This document shows, in pieces, positions 63,754 to 64,000 of a stretch of 64,000 bases of DNA. A program made the translations under genes and the position numbers. The stretch is from an uncultured Pseudomonadota bacterium (lineage in GTDB: Bacteria; Desulfobacterota; Binatia; Binatales; Binataceae): assembly GCA_963804355.1 (NCBI GenBank), contig CAWDQC010000018.1, positions 71,281 through 135,280 on the forward strand. Direction: 5' to 3'. Positions within the stretch are counted from its first letter, which is position 1, and the number at the start of each line of letters is the position of its first letter. The notes beneath the pieces are model-generated. The model made no database searches. It worked only from the letters and a program-made list of their open reading frames with translations, and was not told the DNA's origin.

Positions 63754-64000
63754 CTACTCGCTTGATTGCGTTCTCTGACCAAAGCCGAACAGGATTTGCG
63801 CGACTCGTCGCATCTGGATCTCTTCGGCGCCTTCAGTGATTCGGTAGCGTCGATGGTGCCGGTAGATATGCTCGAACGGCTTGTGGCGCGAATAGCCGAT
63901 ACCGCCATGTGTCTGCATTGCACGATCCGCCGCCTCACAAACCAGCCGATTCGCGCGGTAGTTGCACATCGAGACCTTGTCGGACAATTTCAACGCAACT
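63754..64000 (-). CDS. Acyl-CoA dehydrogenase, C-terminal part (runs off the window)
   Basis: AADRAMQTHGGIGYSRHKPFEHIYRHHRRYRITEGAEEIQ. Confidence 0.9.
   Translation of the reverse strand, partial: VALKLSDKVSMCNYRANRLVCEAADRAMQTHGGIGYSRHKPFEHIYRHHRRYRITEGAEEIQMRRVAQILFGFGQRTQSSE

Noticed and set aside
597-63938. Numerous long antisense or alternate-frame ORFs (e.g. 597..1559, 19957..20886, 26893..27801, 35042..35902, 38488..39420)
   Set aside because: Arg/Ala/Pro-rich shadows of real genes, expected in high-GC DNA; no motifs
46300-64000. Prophage or ICE explaining the lower-GC right end
   Set aside because: No integrase, tRNA attachment site, phage or conjugation genes visible
1-64000. tRNA, rRNA or riboswitch genes
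   Set aside because: No cloverleaf, rRNA-like stretch or recognisable riboswitch consensus found by eye; an Infernal/Rfam scan would be needed to exclude them

Overview
GC-rich bacterial chromosomal segment with about 55 genes. The gene repertoire (six luciferase-like monooxygenases, DUF6306, deltaproteobacterial-style recCBD) suggests Candidatus Binatia/Binatota or a relative, but this is inference only. Many genes are split by 1-nt indels, most likely uncorrected long-read errors, so I stitched them across frames. Housekeeping genes include sppA, ino1, fur, ggt, pdaD, fabI, gloB, a ychF-like gene, glgP and recCBD. Catabolic genes include LLMs, alpha/beta hydrolases, a CaiB CoA-transferase, a single-chain acyl-CoA carboxylase and an lvaCAB-like cluster. 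I saw no rRNA, tRNA, CRISPR array, integrase or transposase. The best candidate for an undescribed system is an ECF sigma factor closely coupled to an O6-methylguanine methyltransferase that has an N-terminal extension and a C-terminal Ada-type Zn/methylphosphotriester domain but no AraC HTH; this could be an alkylation-sensing sigma/anti-sigma adaptive response. Other leads: three tandem glycine-zipper/Gln-coiled-coil lipoproteins, a tandem LLM paralog pair with a hydrolase, a low-GC islet of four small orphan ORFs (two missed by the ORF track), a SHOCT-like + ferritin-like protein, and a Cys-less ICL-superfamily enzyme.
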